The notes under the pieces were generated by a model that was not told the origin of the DNA, did not search any database, and was given only the letters and a program-made list of their open reading frames with translations. Position numbers and translations under genes: made by a program. Below, piece by piece: positions 12,801-27,268 of a DNA stretch of 64,000 nt. Position 1 is the first letter of the stretch; each line of letters starts with the position of its first letter. Source of the DNA: Thalia democratica (taxonomy: Eukaryota); assembly GCA_965202585.1 (NCBI GenBank), contig OZ241827.1, forward strand, positions 59,024,001 to 59,088,000, given 5' to 3'.

Positions 12801-15800
12801 TAGATTTAAAATAAAGAGCAGGTAACAATATAAATTATTCTTCGACAATTATTTGACTTGAGTTTTTGTTTCTTGAGCTGAAAACATATTTATTGAAAGT
12901 TAATACATTTATTACTGTTTTTATAAAAACATTCCCTCAGAAACTCGATTCAAGCAATAAGCAAAAATGTACTCAATGTTTTATGAATTAGTAAAAGGTT
13001 ATTTCTTACTTTTTACTTACAATGCTAAACTATACTAGAGTAAATGTTACACGGATAGTACCAAGACTTTGAAATTTCAAAGATACGAAGAAAAGTTTTA
13101 GCTAGTTTTAAAGGAAGTAAAACACAAAACAATATGAAACGACAAAACAACATAAGGTAACCGTAACTGTTATTTGATTAATTTATACATTTCACTCATC
13201 GATTCGCCAATTTGCATAGTTTGTATCTTGATATCGAAAAACAAACACTAATGCCTTTTTTTCTAGCATATTCTAAGCCATATTTTTTCTTGTTTATGTT
13301 AACTAATAAAGTAAAACAAATTATATACTGATGTTTGAAAGCAATAAATGAATTAAAAGTACAGCTTTTAGACCTTTACAAATAGGCTATACAGTTTTTT
13401 GTTAGCTAAAAAATGTATTAATATTATTCATTAGTGAGTATAAAGCCTTGTTTATAATATGATTAAAAAAACACAATAAAAGTATATTTTTATACTTTTC
13501 CCAGCAAAATATGTAAATCAAACGTTACAGCAAATATTAAGCCGGCAAAATTTGAAACAAAAGTAGCCCTTTTAAAGGTCAACCGGTAAGCTGAGCATAA
13601 AAACTAAAATGTTAATGTAACAGGATCTACGTTCAACGGAGTTAATTTTGCAATAATGGTCAAAACATGTAAGCTAGGCGCCTCATAAGGGTACACTTAA
13701 GCGGTGCATAAAAGTTAAATATCAGTTAACTTCTTGTGTGTAAATGTTTTGTTTTGAAACTTGAAATTAACTTGTTTTAAATTGACTTGTAAATCCGAAG
13801 CAATAGTAATAATGCAATGTTTTACTTATAATGACATTCTGAGTAATAGTACAGCCTAAAATAAATAAAAAACTTTGATCTAAAAGGCCTTTAAATCTTT
13901 AAAATTTTATAAATCTAAGCAGTTTTTACCTCTTTGTTACAAATGTAAAAATAGAATAAGAATCAAAATTTTGTTTTAAGCAAATATACTGTAATTAAAC
14001 TGTTTTCTTTAACGTTATTCTGCTACTGAAATAGTTTTAAAGATGTTTTATAAAATTGAATTAAATTTAAAAGTAATACAAGTTTTATAATAATCTATTA
14101 TTTATTAAAACTGAGTACACAAATTTTAAAAAGTGTTTCTTTTTGTTTATAATAAAACTTGATTGTAATTTTTCAAGAATAGGAGCAAATCAAAGTTATC
14201 TTCAAATAAGTAATAGTTTATAGGAAACTTCACTTAATTTTACTTCAATTATTAATTCGAAATGCAAAAAATCGAAACTTATTTAATGAATACTTACCTG
14301 CATTCTAGTAATCAATAGTGCACCTTTTATGTATGCTTAAACCTACAATCTGTATAAAAGTAAAAAAGTAGTAATCAAATTAAATACTTTAGACTTGAAT
14401 TTATAAGTTTAAATGTTTTATTATTAAAACAAACCAAGTAAATATAATGGTATATGGTACTGTAAAAAGTAAGTTTGTAATTCGATTTTTCTATGATTAC
14501 TGTAATGACTAAAATGGTTGTTTTAATATAAAGAAAGCATAAAAAATCTGATTACAACGGTGAAAAAGGCTAATTTTATTTACTTAATGGACTTATTTTG
14601 AATTATTTTTATAGTTTTGTTACATTATAAATTTGACATTCACAAAGTAAAAGTTTATATTCACAAAGTAAACTAAAACACTTTGTTTTTTTTATTATTT
14701 CATAAAATTATTTAGCTTAAAGTTATAATTTAAACTTAAAAAAAACTTTTGAATAGGATTAAACTGTTAAAATTCATTAATTTGCAGTTAAACTGTGCAA
14801 AAATTTTAATTGTTGAAACTTTTTTGTTTTTGTTTAGATTGATTTCTATATGTGGTTCAAATTAGCATTTATTTAACCTATTTTTTGTGTAATTCTGCTA
14901 AATTTTGTTTTATCAAACTATGAACTTTTCTTTTATATTTAGTAATCTCTATGTACGATTGAAAATCATGAGTTAGTTTTTTATTTTATTTTTTTTAATT
15001 ACACTGATTGAAAATTTTTGATATTTTTGCTTTAATAGTTATCTGTTTAAAAAAAATATTAAAGCAAGTATAAGATACTTTACGTGCCAAACAACAGTTT
15101 TTCAAAAGTATTCATGTTACTTTCACAAAAAAACAGCTGATTTATACTTTGTACGTGCCATCGAACAAAAACATTTATTACGATTTTATTATAATTAAAA
15201 ATGATTAACATCAAGTTTTAAATTACATAGAAACACTAAAATAAAATAATTTTTGAACTGAAAAAGTCTTAAGTAATTTAAAAAACTTTAACTAAAAACT
15301 TAAAAACTTATTATAAATAGTTTTATGGAAATAATCTTGTTTTATAGCTGTAAATCCTTACTTATTTATGTTTTAAAAGAGAAAACCTTAAGTTCTATAT
15401 CCATGAATTAAGCCAAGTTTTTTTGTTAATAATAACAACTTATTGTTATTGAAATTTTAGTCAGTTAACTTTTGTTAGCTTTTTATCTTATTTAATTTTC
15501 TTGTTAATCAACATTTTTTTTCTAAGAACAAAAAGGGTAACAAATTGTACTATACACAATAAACATATTTAAAAAAAAAATCCTTTTGAACTTTATTCAA
15601 CTAAATTTTTTTCAAAGGTTTATTTATATCTACCAGTTCTGAATATTTTTTAATACAATTCACTTATAGTAAATGATAAAAAGCCAAACAAGTTTAAAAA
15701 ACGGTCAAGTAGCAAACTTAAAGGCTACTAAGCACAATAATATAAAAAAATAAAACTTTCGAAAATTAAATTTTGTTTACATATACAATTAAACCAAACA

Positions 15801-16328
15801 TTTCTTAATCTTCCTATAAAAAAAAAAATTTTAACTTCGCTTTTCATAAATATTTTTTTATTTGTTAATACTGCTAATTAAAGTTTGTCATTTCATTTAA
15901 GCAATTTATGAGTAATAAAATATACTAAATATTTTTTTCATTTTGCTTAAGCAACTTGTAAACATCAAATTTTTTTATTGCAGTTAGTCAAGTATCTTTT
16001 TAATATATTTAAGCATGTCAAGCTGTCAACAATAAAACAGTTTTGATGACGTGCTGACAATTAAAAATAGATAAAAAGTTTTACCAATTAGTTTTACATC
16101 TTACAACTGTCGCTTTAACGAGATGACTGCTACTTTAAAAACTACAACACAAGTTTAATTAGTTTGGTAGAAAGCTAGGAAAAAAGTTAAAATTAATAAA
16201 TAAGGTTTTTATTTCTTGAACATACAATTACGTAGAAACGCCGTGTTGACAGTTTAAATTAAATACTTTTTGATAAAATATACAACGGATATAATCTTGC
16301 GTCTTCAACACTATTTCTACCTATACTT

Positions 16329-18949
16329 CAGTGGCGTAGCGTGGTATTTTTGTCAGGGGGTGCGCAAATTTTTTTCTCAAAAAATCCCCTAAATTAAAAC
16401 TTTTAGGCCGCAAATTTTTCGGGGTCAATTTTCTCGGAAATTTAAAAAATTACTAAAAATCTATCTCCTGCTTTATTTTTCAAGTAATCTTCTTTAAATT
16501 TTTGAAAATGTTCCTTAGATTACAAAAAAAAATTACTTATGAACTTAGATAATTAAAATAAATAAAAAATTTATAAAAATATTTAAAAAAAAAAGTCTTT
16601 ATTTTTTCAAAAAAAATATTTTTACTACAAATTTTTAAATTCACAAGTAATGTTTTTTTGTTATTGTATAAAGATTAAACTGTTTAAGTTTGAAGAAGAT
16701 TGCTTGTAAAATATATTAGGAAATAGATTTTAAACAAACTAGCCTTTTTTTGCTGTTTTAGTTTTCCCTTCCCATAGGGAACCTATTATGCGGCCCGACT
16801 TTGACTGGTCATATCTCAAAAAATAGTTCGAATTTTTTAAAATAACAAAAGCATCTTAAAGCTTTAAAAAAAATCTATAAAATAAGATCAACTTCTAAAA
16901 AACATGGCTTGACCCCCCCCCCCTCCCCCCTATGGCCTTAAACTACAAATAAATAGTCAACTAAGTATAACAATTAATACCTCAAAACATTTTTCTCTGT
17001 GCAATTTCTAAATAATGTTCAATATCTATTTTATAACAGCAAAAAAGAATTGTATTAAACTCAAAATAGCTAATACTTTTAGTTTGTTGCAGCTTTTAAT
17101 ATACTATTTCAATCTTATATATAAAAATGTTAAATCTTCAGTATTAAAATTGAAAGTTTTAATTTTTTTTATTTTTTGTAGAAGAAATCTAAAGCTCTAT
17201 TTTTTTTTTAACTTCTACATTTTTACCTATATTACAATATAAAACTGTAAAAATAAATCTTAACAAATGAAGAAAATTTATAATATAAAAAAAATTAAAA
17301 ATAAAATTTCATACCACTTGAACTGCAGTCTTGAGTAATAGCAATATCTCATGTTGGTCTGCTATTTTTCAATTCAAGCTTTTGAACTTCAGATAATTTT
17401 ACTATCTGACATATTTTTAGACTTGCAGCATTCCATACAATATCACTTTGCATATTTTTTTAAATAATATACTAACAATTAATAAAAACAAGTGTTTACT
17501 TTTTCTTTAGTATAATAAAACATATTTTACAAAAAAAACAAAAAACAATTAACTTAGAAGATATCAGGATTGCCTTGCCACTCTTTCAGTCAAAATAACT
17601 ATCCTGAGTTAGTTTTTTATGTCATGTGTCATCATAAGCATTTTAAATTCTTTTATAGAAAATTTTTATTGTTTTTAAACTTCTAGAAACTAGGCAATTT
17701 AACAAAGCTTTTAAAACCACTAAATTTACCCTGAGTTAAAAAAAAACAAATATATCCTTAGTCAGCCTGAGCTTAAAAATACTTAAAACATTCTGAGTTA
17801 TCATAATTTTTACTGAAACATACTAAAGTTTTCCAAAACTTCATAAAATCCTGAGTGTGTGGAAAGATTTTTCTAAATGTTTTTGATACAAAACAAAATG
17901 TTTAAAAGATAAATTTTTTAAGGTCAATTTTTTCAATGCTTTTAAAAATTCACAAGAAATATAACTTTTCATTATCTTAAAATGAGTTTTTCTAAGATCT
18001 TTAGGAAATAGCATTTTTAAAATACTACAAACAGTTGGTAGAAAAAAATTTTAAAATTTGATTTAAAACTAAATAAATTTAAATTCAAAATTAATCTGTT
18101 ATGTCTTTTAGACTAAAAATTGATTGTAAAAATTATTTTGTTTTACAAGTTGCTATAAATTATTTCATGATGTGACTACAGAAATTTTAAAATAACTTGC
18201 TACAAAAATTGTTTAATTTTTAAACTTTATGGCTGATAGAATAACAAAGTTTGATTTGTTTCTTATCTTAATAAAAAAAGAAACTACTTTTAATAAAAAT
18301 TTCAAGTTTAAATAATTTAAACAATACTTTTTGTATAGTAAGATAGATTAAAACTGTCATCACAGTATGAACTGTATGTTTATTATTTATTTTAGTTTAT
18401 TATTTTATTTTTTTCTGTTTTTTGTTTTTTTCTTTTAAATTATGTTGTTATTTTTTTTTATTCTTATTATCAATTTATTTTTATTTATTAGCAGTTGTTT
18501 ATTGCTATCTTGACTACAATTTGTTTATTCTTGAATCTTTATCACTATAAAACAGGTTTAGCTTTATGGTTTGTTAACAAAATGTTAGCATTTGTCCTTG
18601 TAAAAAAATCTGTCATAAGGTTATACTACTGCGGTGCACTAACTAGTTGCGTACTGTTTGAGTCTAAATTCTTATGAAGTTAATGAAGTTATAAAATGTT
18701 TCCTTATGGAGTTTTTCATCAACATCGGTGCGCATTTGCAATTACGCACCGAATCAGTATACTGGGTAATTTCCCTAACTTGTCACTAATTGTTATTCAA
18801 AATTTCGTTTCACTTTCCAAATACTAAAAGAACATAGTTAGTTATAGAATAAAAATAAACAATAAAGGATTTCGATATTGCATTTTTTTTACTTCTTTTT
18901 TTTTGGGTGGCACGCATGCGCCAGCGTCCCTCCCCACGCTACGCCCCTG
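16329..18949. mobile_element. Non-autonomous hAT-type TIR element (~2.6 kb) carrying nested repeat fragments
   Basis: Left end cagtggcgtagcgtgg (16329); right end ccacgctacgcccctg (ends 18949); 15/16 inverted match. Same terminal family as the 50194 element. No clean 8-bp TSD (ctatactt vs gtagatat) and no transposase ORF. Confidence 0.6.
17566..17860. mobile_element. Decayed fragment of the CAGGGTTGCCA-terminus repeat family
   Basis: caggattgcc..gccac start plus repeated cctgag motifs, similar to the reverse complement of the ctcaggga motifs in 38851-39287. Confidence 0.35.
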
Positions 18950-20908
18950 GTAGATATTAGTGTTGTTTTGCTTATTTTCTTTACCAATTTTTGAATTAGT
19001 TGGTGCTATTCATAGTTAATTTAAAACTGTTATCTTTTAATATTAATATTTTTTAAACTGTGTTAATTTTTTACCAAACAATTATACTTGTATTTATTCA
19101 AGATATTATAACACATTTGTTGATAAACCATAAGGAAAATATAAACAGCTTTTTAAAAAAGATGAGAAAACGTAAGATTTTTTTAAATATTTTACACTAA
19201 CAAGATTAAGATTTTGGAGATCGATAGAATATTAAAAACTTATAATTAAGTATTAAATTTATAAATATTCAAAAAGTTTACCGATCAAATTATACATGTA
19301 CGTTTCAGTTCACTTATTTTAAGAAGTCGCTACAATTGTGAAGCTAAGTAATATTTACAAGAAAAAATAAACTTCAACAAACTTATACTATTAAGTAACA
19401 TTTTTTTCTTGAAACTTAAGTCTGTAGACCAAGTGTATACTAACTCAAAGTAGTGACGTATAGAGTAGTGCTTTTCAAAAAGTACAGCAAGAATTTACAT
19501 AAAAATTGTCTTACTTTACTTAAAAAACTTACCAGATAGCATAAGTAGTAATAAAAAGTTTATATTGTGTTCTACTACTGTTAAAACGTTTTTTAAACAC
19601 TTCTTTATAATTTGGAATAAGCTTTCCTATTGTTAGAGGCAATTATTCTGTTGTAGAAGTGTACTTTATCAAAGTTTTAAAGTGTTTAGCAGTCTAGTGT
19701 TTACATAATTATTCATTAGTTGTATGTGAACAGGTTTTTATAAATTCTAGAAACTACTTCTGTATTTAAAACGTTTTTTTTTTTGTTTTATATCTGAAAC
19801 TGTTTTAGTTAACATCAATACTTTATTATTTACAATAAATAGATTGTATATTAGTAAAGTTTTTGCTAATTTTAAATTCAAATAATTCTAAGTCTTCCTT
19901 TTGTTTTCATACAGCTTAAAATTACAAAAAGTATTTTATTGTATTCATTTTTTAAACTTTTAACTTGAAAATATTGTAATCGCATGTTGTAGCAGCTTTG
20001 TGAGCCAAACTTAACGGTTATTAAAGTGTTACACATAATTTTTAACTTGAATCCACACTTTATAATTTAACAGTTTTTACAAAATGTTTTTGTAAACATT
20101 CAATTAGCACTTGCTCAAAGCTTTTTAAATGTGTTAAAAGAATTTTAGACAATCGATTTTAACAACCTTTATTAAGACAAAACTTTATTTTATCTTAAAG
20201 TTTATTTAAAATTGTTCTTTATTATATACATACATTTACAATCGTATAAGAATGTCTTTTACTTCAATTATTTATCAATTAGTTAGTGTTTTGATAACAT
20301 GAGTTTATAGTTTTGAAACTGTATTTGTCTTTCACCAAAGCTTTAAGCGTTTTAAATTTGTAAAAAAATTTAAAAGTACCTTTTTATAGTTTTTCAATTA
20401 ACCTCTATAAATCAAGGTTAGTTTTATATACAAGATGCATTCAAAATAAAATAGTATTGCTATTGATGTTTGCATAAATTTCTTTATTAGTGTAGTTTAA
20501 AATTAAATTTATAAATAATAAAAACAGTTAAAACTTGGAATTGATTTTTTTTTTATAATAATGAAACCATATTACACCAAAGCTTAATGATTTTGTTTAA
20601 AAGTAAGTAAAACTTATTAAAAGAAAAAATATCAATTCTTAAATCAATTTTGTATAAACTAGAAGCTTTTGATAATAAATAACTAGCTTAAGATTTTATA
20701 CATCGAAATTAGTATTTCCTAAAATACCCGTTCTTTTCATGTTACAAATAGAAAAAATTATTCTTTAAGTTTTAAGTATACTAAATATATTTTTTTTCTA
20801 GTTTGAAGTCCTTACACTGTTGTGTGTACTTCTTGCACCATTTTCTGAAACAATTAAATTAAAAACAGCCGCAACTTTGTAAACATTTTTATTGTCGAGA
20901 TCAAAAAA

Positions 20909-22888
20909 TCAACAATCAAAGACTTTGATCTCGCACAATCCGTACAGCTCCGCATCGCAAGGATAGTCGTGCAGCCTCAAGTTGTCCCTCATCTGGGCGC
21001 AGTCCTCTCCGTGGTTGTCGTTGGGCTCCCCAGAATCCCATTTGAACAGGGTCCCGCCCCAATTGGGGTCGAAGTACTCGCTGTTGCTAGGAAACCTCCA
21101 CGCACCCTCCTCCCCATGGTCGTCTAGGCCCACCCACAGAGAACTCACGCCCGTCTGCGTCACCAAGTTCTTGATTGACCTGTTATGACGTCATAAACAT
21201 TAAAAGTGGCTCATCGAATGGGTTTGTAGTTAATTTTTTTAAGGGTTTTAGCTGCTTAAGTTACAACATAAACTTTGTTAAGTCATTTACTCTTTAAAGT
21301 TAACATTAACATGATTGCTAAATCTTTGAATTGTTTTAATTTTTTTTTTTTTTTTGATGATCTATAGAGTTTAGTAAGGTTTATTACTTTTTAAACTCAT
21401 ACTGTTAAAAAAGATATAAAACTTAAAGTTTATTATGTATTAATTTACTTTGATTTCAGAACACGAAAAAAAAACTATAGATAGTTTATATACTTATCCT
21501 AAGCTAAATTAAAAATTAGTATATTAATGCAGACTATCAAAAATAAAGCTAATATTTTAGTCTGGATAAGAACATTTAGAGACAAATTAAGATAATTAGG
21601 AATATAATAACTTTCTATAAATTTGACAAAGCTAATACTAAAAGCTTTCAAAAAAAAAATTGTTTTCAATTTTTTCTTATCTAAGTGTATGTATAACACG
21701 GAACGCTTCTTTTTAAGTAGTTTGAATCATTAACAAAATTACAAAAGTTCATACTATTATCCTACTTTTCATTATAATTCAAATATACTAAAAAAGCAAT
21801 AAAGCAGCCGTTTGTTATATTACTAAAAAGCGTAATAATATCATAACTGAAACTAAAACTGTTTCCAAGCTAACTATTTCAAGTTGCATACATACTCGTG
21901 ATACTGGGAAGCCTCTGACTTCATGTTGACGCTTATGAGGTCGCCCCCCATCGCACCACATTGCACGCGACAGTTGAAGTAGCTACCTGAACTCGGTGTG
22001 ATCCTGAACTCGTACCTCACTGTGCAAAAATTATATTTGTTTTCAGTGTAGGAACTGTTAATACATCAATATTCTTTTATTATATCCGTAGAATTCAATA
22101 TATGTTTTATATAAGTATAATTTTAGATACTATTAAATTTTTTTTTGTGATTTTTTGTATTTTAGAAAAATATTTAAGGGTGTAAAGTTTAATAGTCTCA
22201 TTTTTCATAAAGTTTTTGTTTTAGAGTTAAAATTTTGACTTTAAAGTTTTTTTTTCCTTTTTTTCATTTTAGCTCATTATAATTTTGTTTAAGTTGGGTA
22301 TGCAACTCGATGACCGAAAGGTCTTTTTGTGTATCCAGGTCCTTGAACCAAAAAACTATTCGTTTTTTTTCAATAAACCACCTACTTACCACTTGCTATA
22401 CACCAATTTACGTCCAGGACAAAACGTTAAAATCTATTCGTGGTGTGGGACTTGATAACCGAAAGGTTTTTTTGTGCACCAGGTTCTAGAACCAAACACG
22501 TTGAGCGTCTTTTTTTTGTCGTTCACTAAACTATAACTACAAACCCTATATGCTTACAAACATATGATGTTCACATTAGCTTATGTTTTATCAAATTGTT
22601 GTAATAAACTGACTGAGGATCTGCCCTGTCTAACAGAGCAGTGAAACAAATGTTTTTTATGCAAACATATATAAAAACAATACAATTACATATGTACTAG
22701 TCAATTACACTTTTTACTTTAACTGGACACAAACAAAGCAACAAACCATTGTAAGACTGTTCAACCTCATCTACTTTATCCTGTACAGCCGGGCAAGTGG
22801 ATTGAATGAAAGTGGAGACATCAGATTTCAAGCTGAAAACTCCACTTGTCAGTCCGATAGCAAAACACAAAGTTACAAGTATTTTCAT
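20909..22888 (-). CDS. Secreted single-domain C-type lectin (178 aa), EPN-type, TC14-like
   Basis: Exons 22888-22747, 22019-21896 and 21179-20909 (537 nt, phases match). Signal peptide MKILVTLCFAIGLTSG. CTLD: YFNCRVQCGAMGGDLIS..LWVGLDD..WDSGEPNDNHGEDCAQM..LHDYPC..GLCEIKVFDC*. The exon-1 donor (AATG|gtttgt) was chosen for phase compatibility. Confidence 0.88.
22296..22378 (+). repeat. SINE-like ~120-bp dispersed repeat, partial copy (lectin intron 1)
   Basis: gggtatgcaactcgatgaccgaaaggtc..ccaggtccttgaaccaaa..caataaa; aligns by eye with the copies at 22412 and 25901. Confidence 0.6.
22412..22530 (+). repeat. SINE-like ~120-bp dispersed repeat (lectin intron 1)
   Basis: gtccaggacaaaacgttaaaa..ggtgtgggacttgataaccgaaagg..gtgcaccaggttctagaacc..gtcgttcactaaa. 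Confidence 0.65.
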
Positions 22889-25800
22889 ATCTTTATAATT
22901 CTGCACAAAAATAGTAGAAATGTTCAATTTCGTTCTTGGTATAAAGAAATAAAACTTATGAAAAAATTAAAACACTAGTCCTAAGCTCTTTTAGTTTTTG
23001 CTTCTTATATATAAGAGGTGAATAAAAAACACAATTTTCTATAAATAATAACTAAGAAATACTTTGATGTTTTTGCTTATTCATACACTCAAAACATAAA
23101 TTGCTTCACCACAGCATAAGCTTTTTTTCACACTGAACTAAAAGCAAACAACTGATCGTGTTGTATCATAGAATGAATCAAGCTCAACCACTTTTAAATA
23201 AACATCAAACAAATTTAACGAACCCTGTTGAAAAAGTAAAGGTAAAACTTAAATCTATAATTCTTAATCCTTATTGTATTTAAAAAATTAAAAACTATTG
23301 ATAAACTTACCATTAATTTGATTAAGTTATGTTCAGTGGACTCTAAAATAAACTTATTTGTCTACTTTTTTTTGCAAAAAGCCATGAACTTTTGATTAGA
23401 CTTAAACTATCAAATAAAGTTCTATTTTCTACAATATCTACATGTATATTAGTTATATTTTACGTTGTATTTGGTTGACTAGTTTCCAAAAAGCTGTAGC
23501 TAACTATTTGATGAAATTTTAACTTTTGTACTCAAGTTTTTAAGTTTTTATACAGTGTTTAGACTTTACACTAGCTATAAAGGGTATCTTTATAGAGTAC
23601 TTGCTTTGAAAAACTATAATTTTTAAATATGTTTATGAAAAAATATAAAATATAAAATAAAAAAACAACTTGTTTGTTCAAACTCTTTAAGATTTTCTAA
23701 CTACATCATGCTTCTGGTGATAGTCTTTTTTTTTGTCTTTTTATTAATTTTCGTTTTGTTTTATACCTTAGCGAGATGATTTTATAAACGTGTGAAAGCA
23801 TTAATCATTTTTAGCTAAATTGTATCTATTTTAGCGTTTCATCTCTCAAGAATCATCAAAGCACACAACAATGCAGTTCACTTGAACAAACAAGCTGAAA
23901 ACGTAAAGGACTAAAGACTTGACTTTCGGTAACTTAACCTTAAACTTTTGTAGATAATAAGCCATTTGAATGAAAATTTATTTTCTAAAATGCTTGTTTT
24001 TATTTAAAATACAGCTATTTAAATCTTTAAATATTTAAAAGTTAAGTATATATAAAAATAGGTTATAAAGTTTACAATGTAAGCTTAAGTTAAAAAAATA
24101 GTAGGGTTAACTACATTTAGCATATAACTTATTTATTTCAAACTAATAAAGGTATTAGTTGCACAACATTTTTTTTTTCTTTAACTTTTTTCTGTCACTA
24201 CTTTTAGTTTTTTAAACAAAGAGAAATGATTATTAGATGTGTTTTTTTTATAAAGATATTAAAAACTAACTTGTTTTATCTCTAAAAGAAGTGATTATCA
24301 CATTTAAATTAAAAATCTGAAGGACATTTCCAATGAACATCAAAGTAAATAAAAAAGAGCAAAAGGGTTCTGCTGTAAATTTTACTGCAATAAGGTTTTA
24401 GTAGATCTAACAAACTAACAAATAAAAGCACAATGAGCAATAATAGATAAAAAAATATAAACAAAAATTTGATTCCAAGTAATAAGATCAACGAATATAG
24501 TGAAACATTGTAAAAGAAAGTAATTTGAAGTCCTACAAATATACTGATAAGAGAAAAGACAGGAATGTTTGCCTTTCTACATTCAATCACCAATGAATAG
24601 TGTTTTTCTACCAATAAGTTTATCTATCAAGTAATAAAGTATAACTTTCAGCATTGACTAAAGCAGGTTTTAACATAAGTTATTAAAAAAAAGGTTAACA
24701 AAGTAAACTTTTTGGTAAACTAAGTTATTTTGGTTGATATTTTAGTAAAAGATCTATTAAAATATTTAATAACAAGCAATGAAGTTAAAATCGACCCTAA
24801 ATATTTCTTGTTGTGAACTACAAAGAGTTGGTCATTTTACATATTTTAGTTTAACTAAATGTATAAATTACACAAACGTCTACCAACCAAAACTAAAAAT
24901 ACATACAGCCAAGTGAAAAAACAGGTGTTTTTTACAGTTAATTGTAGAAACTATAAACTATTTACAACATTTTAAGTTAAAAGTACGTAAGGTTTTAGAG
25001 CGTATATTAAAACAAAAATTAATCGTTTTGCTGTTTTTAGTACTGTTTAAAGTTTAAAGAATGTTTCGTAGTCAAAATTATAAAAGTTACCGAAAGTTTA
25101 TACCTCAAAAAGTAAGTTTAACTTCAACTGTTTGGTGTATTAAATTAATACCATTTACAACAAAACCTATTTAATCACTGCTTTAGCTTTTTTTATTATT
25201 GTTTTACTGTTTGCTACTTTTGTTAAAGTATGTTTATTTTTCTTCACATTGCTTATAACTTAAACTTTTTTGTTCTTTTCTTTTTATTTATAACCTAAAG
25301 ATATCTTAGTTACAGTGAAACATTGTAATTTAAATGAAAACAAGTAGTTTAAATCTTGATAAATGAGCCTTATCAAAAGTTTTTAACTTGTTTAAAAAAA
25401 ATTAATCTGTTTTTTGTTTAACATTTTATAATATTAAAACAAAATTTATAACTTTTTTAATTACTTTTTTTGTATAATTTACTCGTTATTTTATAAGTTA
25501 CAAAACTGAAACTTATTATTCAGTTTATACAGACACAGAATTATTACTTAAATTAGCAAAAGTAAAACTTTCTTTTTTATTTGCTTGTATTAAAGTTTTT
25601 TGTGTAGCAGTTGTTTAGTAAATTAGTAAGCATCATATATAATAAAAGAGGTTGTATAAGACAAAACTATATAATAGAGAATATGTTTAAATTGAATAAG
25701 TAACTTATTAGAATACTTAAAAAATTAAAACTGTTTTAAAGCACTTGGGTTAAAATAACCTGGTCTTCAAACACTTAATTTTTACAAATCAAAAGGTAAG

Positions 25801-25900
25801 TACTTTATTTAAACTGTAAACAGATTTTATACAAAATTTAATATAAAAAACAATTATTTTATTTAATTACTATAGTAATCCTGGAACAGACATTAAAATT

Positions 25901-26016
25901 GTCCTGGACAAGACGTTAAAAGGTATCCGTGGTGTGCGACTCGATAATCTAAAGGTTTTTTCGTGCACCAGGTCCTAGAACCAAATATTTTAAGCGTATG
26001 TTTGTCGTTCAATAAA
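25901..26016 (+). repeat. SINE-like ~120-bp dispersed repeat
   Basis: gtcctggacaagacgttaaaaggtatccgtggtgtgcgactcgataatctaaagg..gtgcaccaggtcctagaacc..gtcgttcaataaa. Confidence 0.65.
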
Positions 26017-27268
26017 CTATTCAGTAAGGAATGAACTGTGTGACAGAAGCATGCTTATAAGATTAGTTAGACCAAGGATCGCCATACTATGTTCGGGTAA
26101 GACCTTTTATAAGTAAATCTGACCCGTTCTTTAAAAAAAATTGTTAAAAAAAATTTATGTTTGCTGATCATTGGATAGAGAGTGCAATGATTTAGCTGAT
26201 GTTAGGTAAATAAATAAAGGAAACATTTTCTGTGAATGGTCTTTTTTTTTGACTCTGAACTAGTAAAAGTTGAAAACGTAAAGCAAAAATAGTATTTAAA
26301 GTATAAGCAAAGGAGCAGTGACGAACTTGTCCGTGGTTAAATTCAAATACAGCTATGCATTTTAACGTTGTTAAAAGTTCTATATTTTAATTATTTTTTC
26401 ACAAAAGAGGTTTTTTAGAAGTTCTTGGTTAATTCTCTCAGAAAAATAATTGCGATTATGAGTTTTAGGTTTAAAAATTATAGATTAGTTTTATTTTTAT
26501 TGGTAAAGTGTGAAAACATTCATCACAAACTTGGATTTTGAACAAAATTAGCGCTGATATTGATAATATATTATATTTTCCATTTGTAAACCAAGTCAAT
26601 AAAGCTTATCAGTTATTTTTATCTCATTATATATAATTTCAATTAAAAAAAATATTTTTGTAAAAAAAGCTCTGACTTTGTAAAATTATTCAAAGATAAG
26701 CTTAACTGAAATTGTTAAAAATGAGACGACTGATATATAAGATGCAAATATTTTTATAAACATTTGTCTTTTAGCGTACCGCAAAAAGGCAAAATGTTCA
26801 TTTTGGTGGAAAGTAAAACTTTTTTTGTACCATATTTTAAAATTATCAGAGTTGCCATTAGACGGAAAGAATAGTCGTTGTTTGTTTAAAATCTCGAAAA
26901 CGTTCGGATCCTTAATGCAGTTATATTAAAACCACTGGGCGTGCATGTTAATATCTCTCTTTATGTAATACATTTCTGTATGCACAAAAATATGTTACAA
27001 TAAATGCAAAATATTTTTTGGGCATTCCCATTTTCTATCATAATACTAAAGATATTAAATTTTAAATAAAGCTTCCAAACTTTCCAAGGTATTGAAAATT
27101 ACTACTTGTCGGTTTTATTAAATCCAACTCTACTTGTGAACCAATAAGAGCAGGACTGAAAACATATTCTTTAAACTCTACGTTTGCATTCAAAAAAAAT
27201 AACTTCAGATGATCTAGACTAGGGCAGCTACAGGTTTTTGAGAAATTTGTTCCAGGATTTTAAATGTA

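Noticed and set aside
13505-13668. Two exon-like blocks with good splice signals
   Set aside because: The intervening intron would be only ~38 nt, the joined frame stops, and no flanking exons or domain were found.
17015-18677. ORFs 17015..17242 and 18495..18677 as transposase remnants
   Set aside because: No hAT motifs; low-complexity AT-driven frames.
24309-24614. 101-aa hydrophobic ORF as a membrane protein or NUMT
   Set aside because: L/F/I-rich composition is expected from a T-rich strand; no recognisable motif or splice support.
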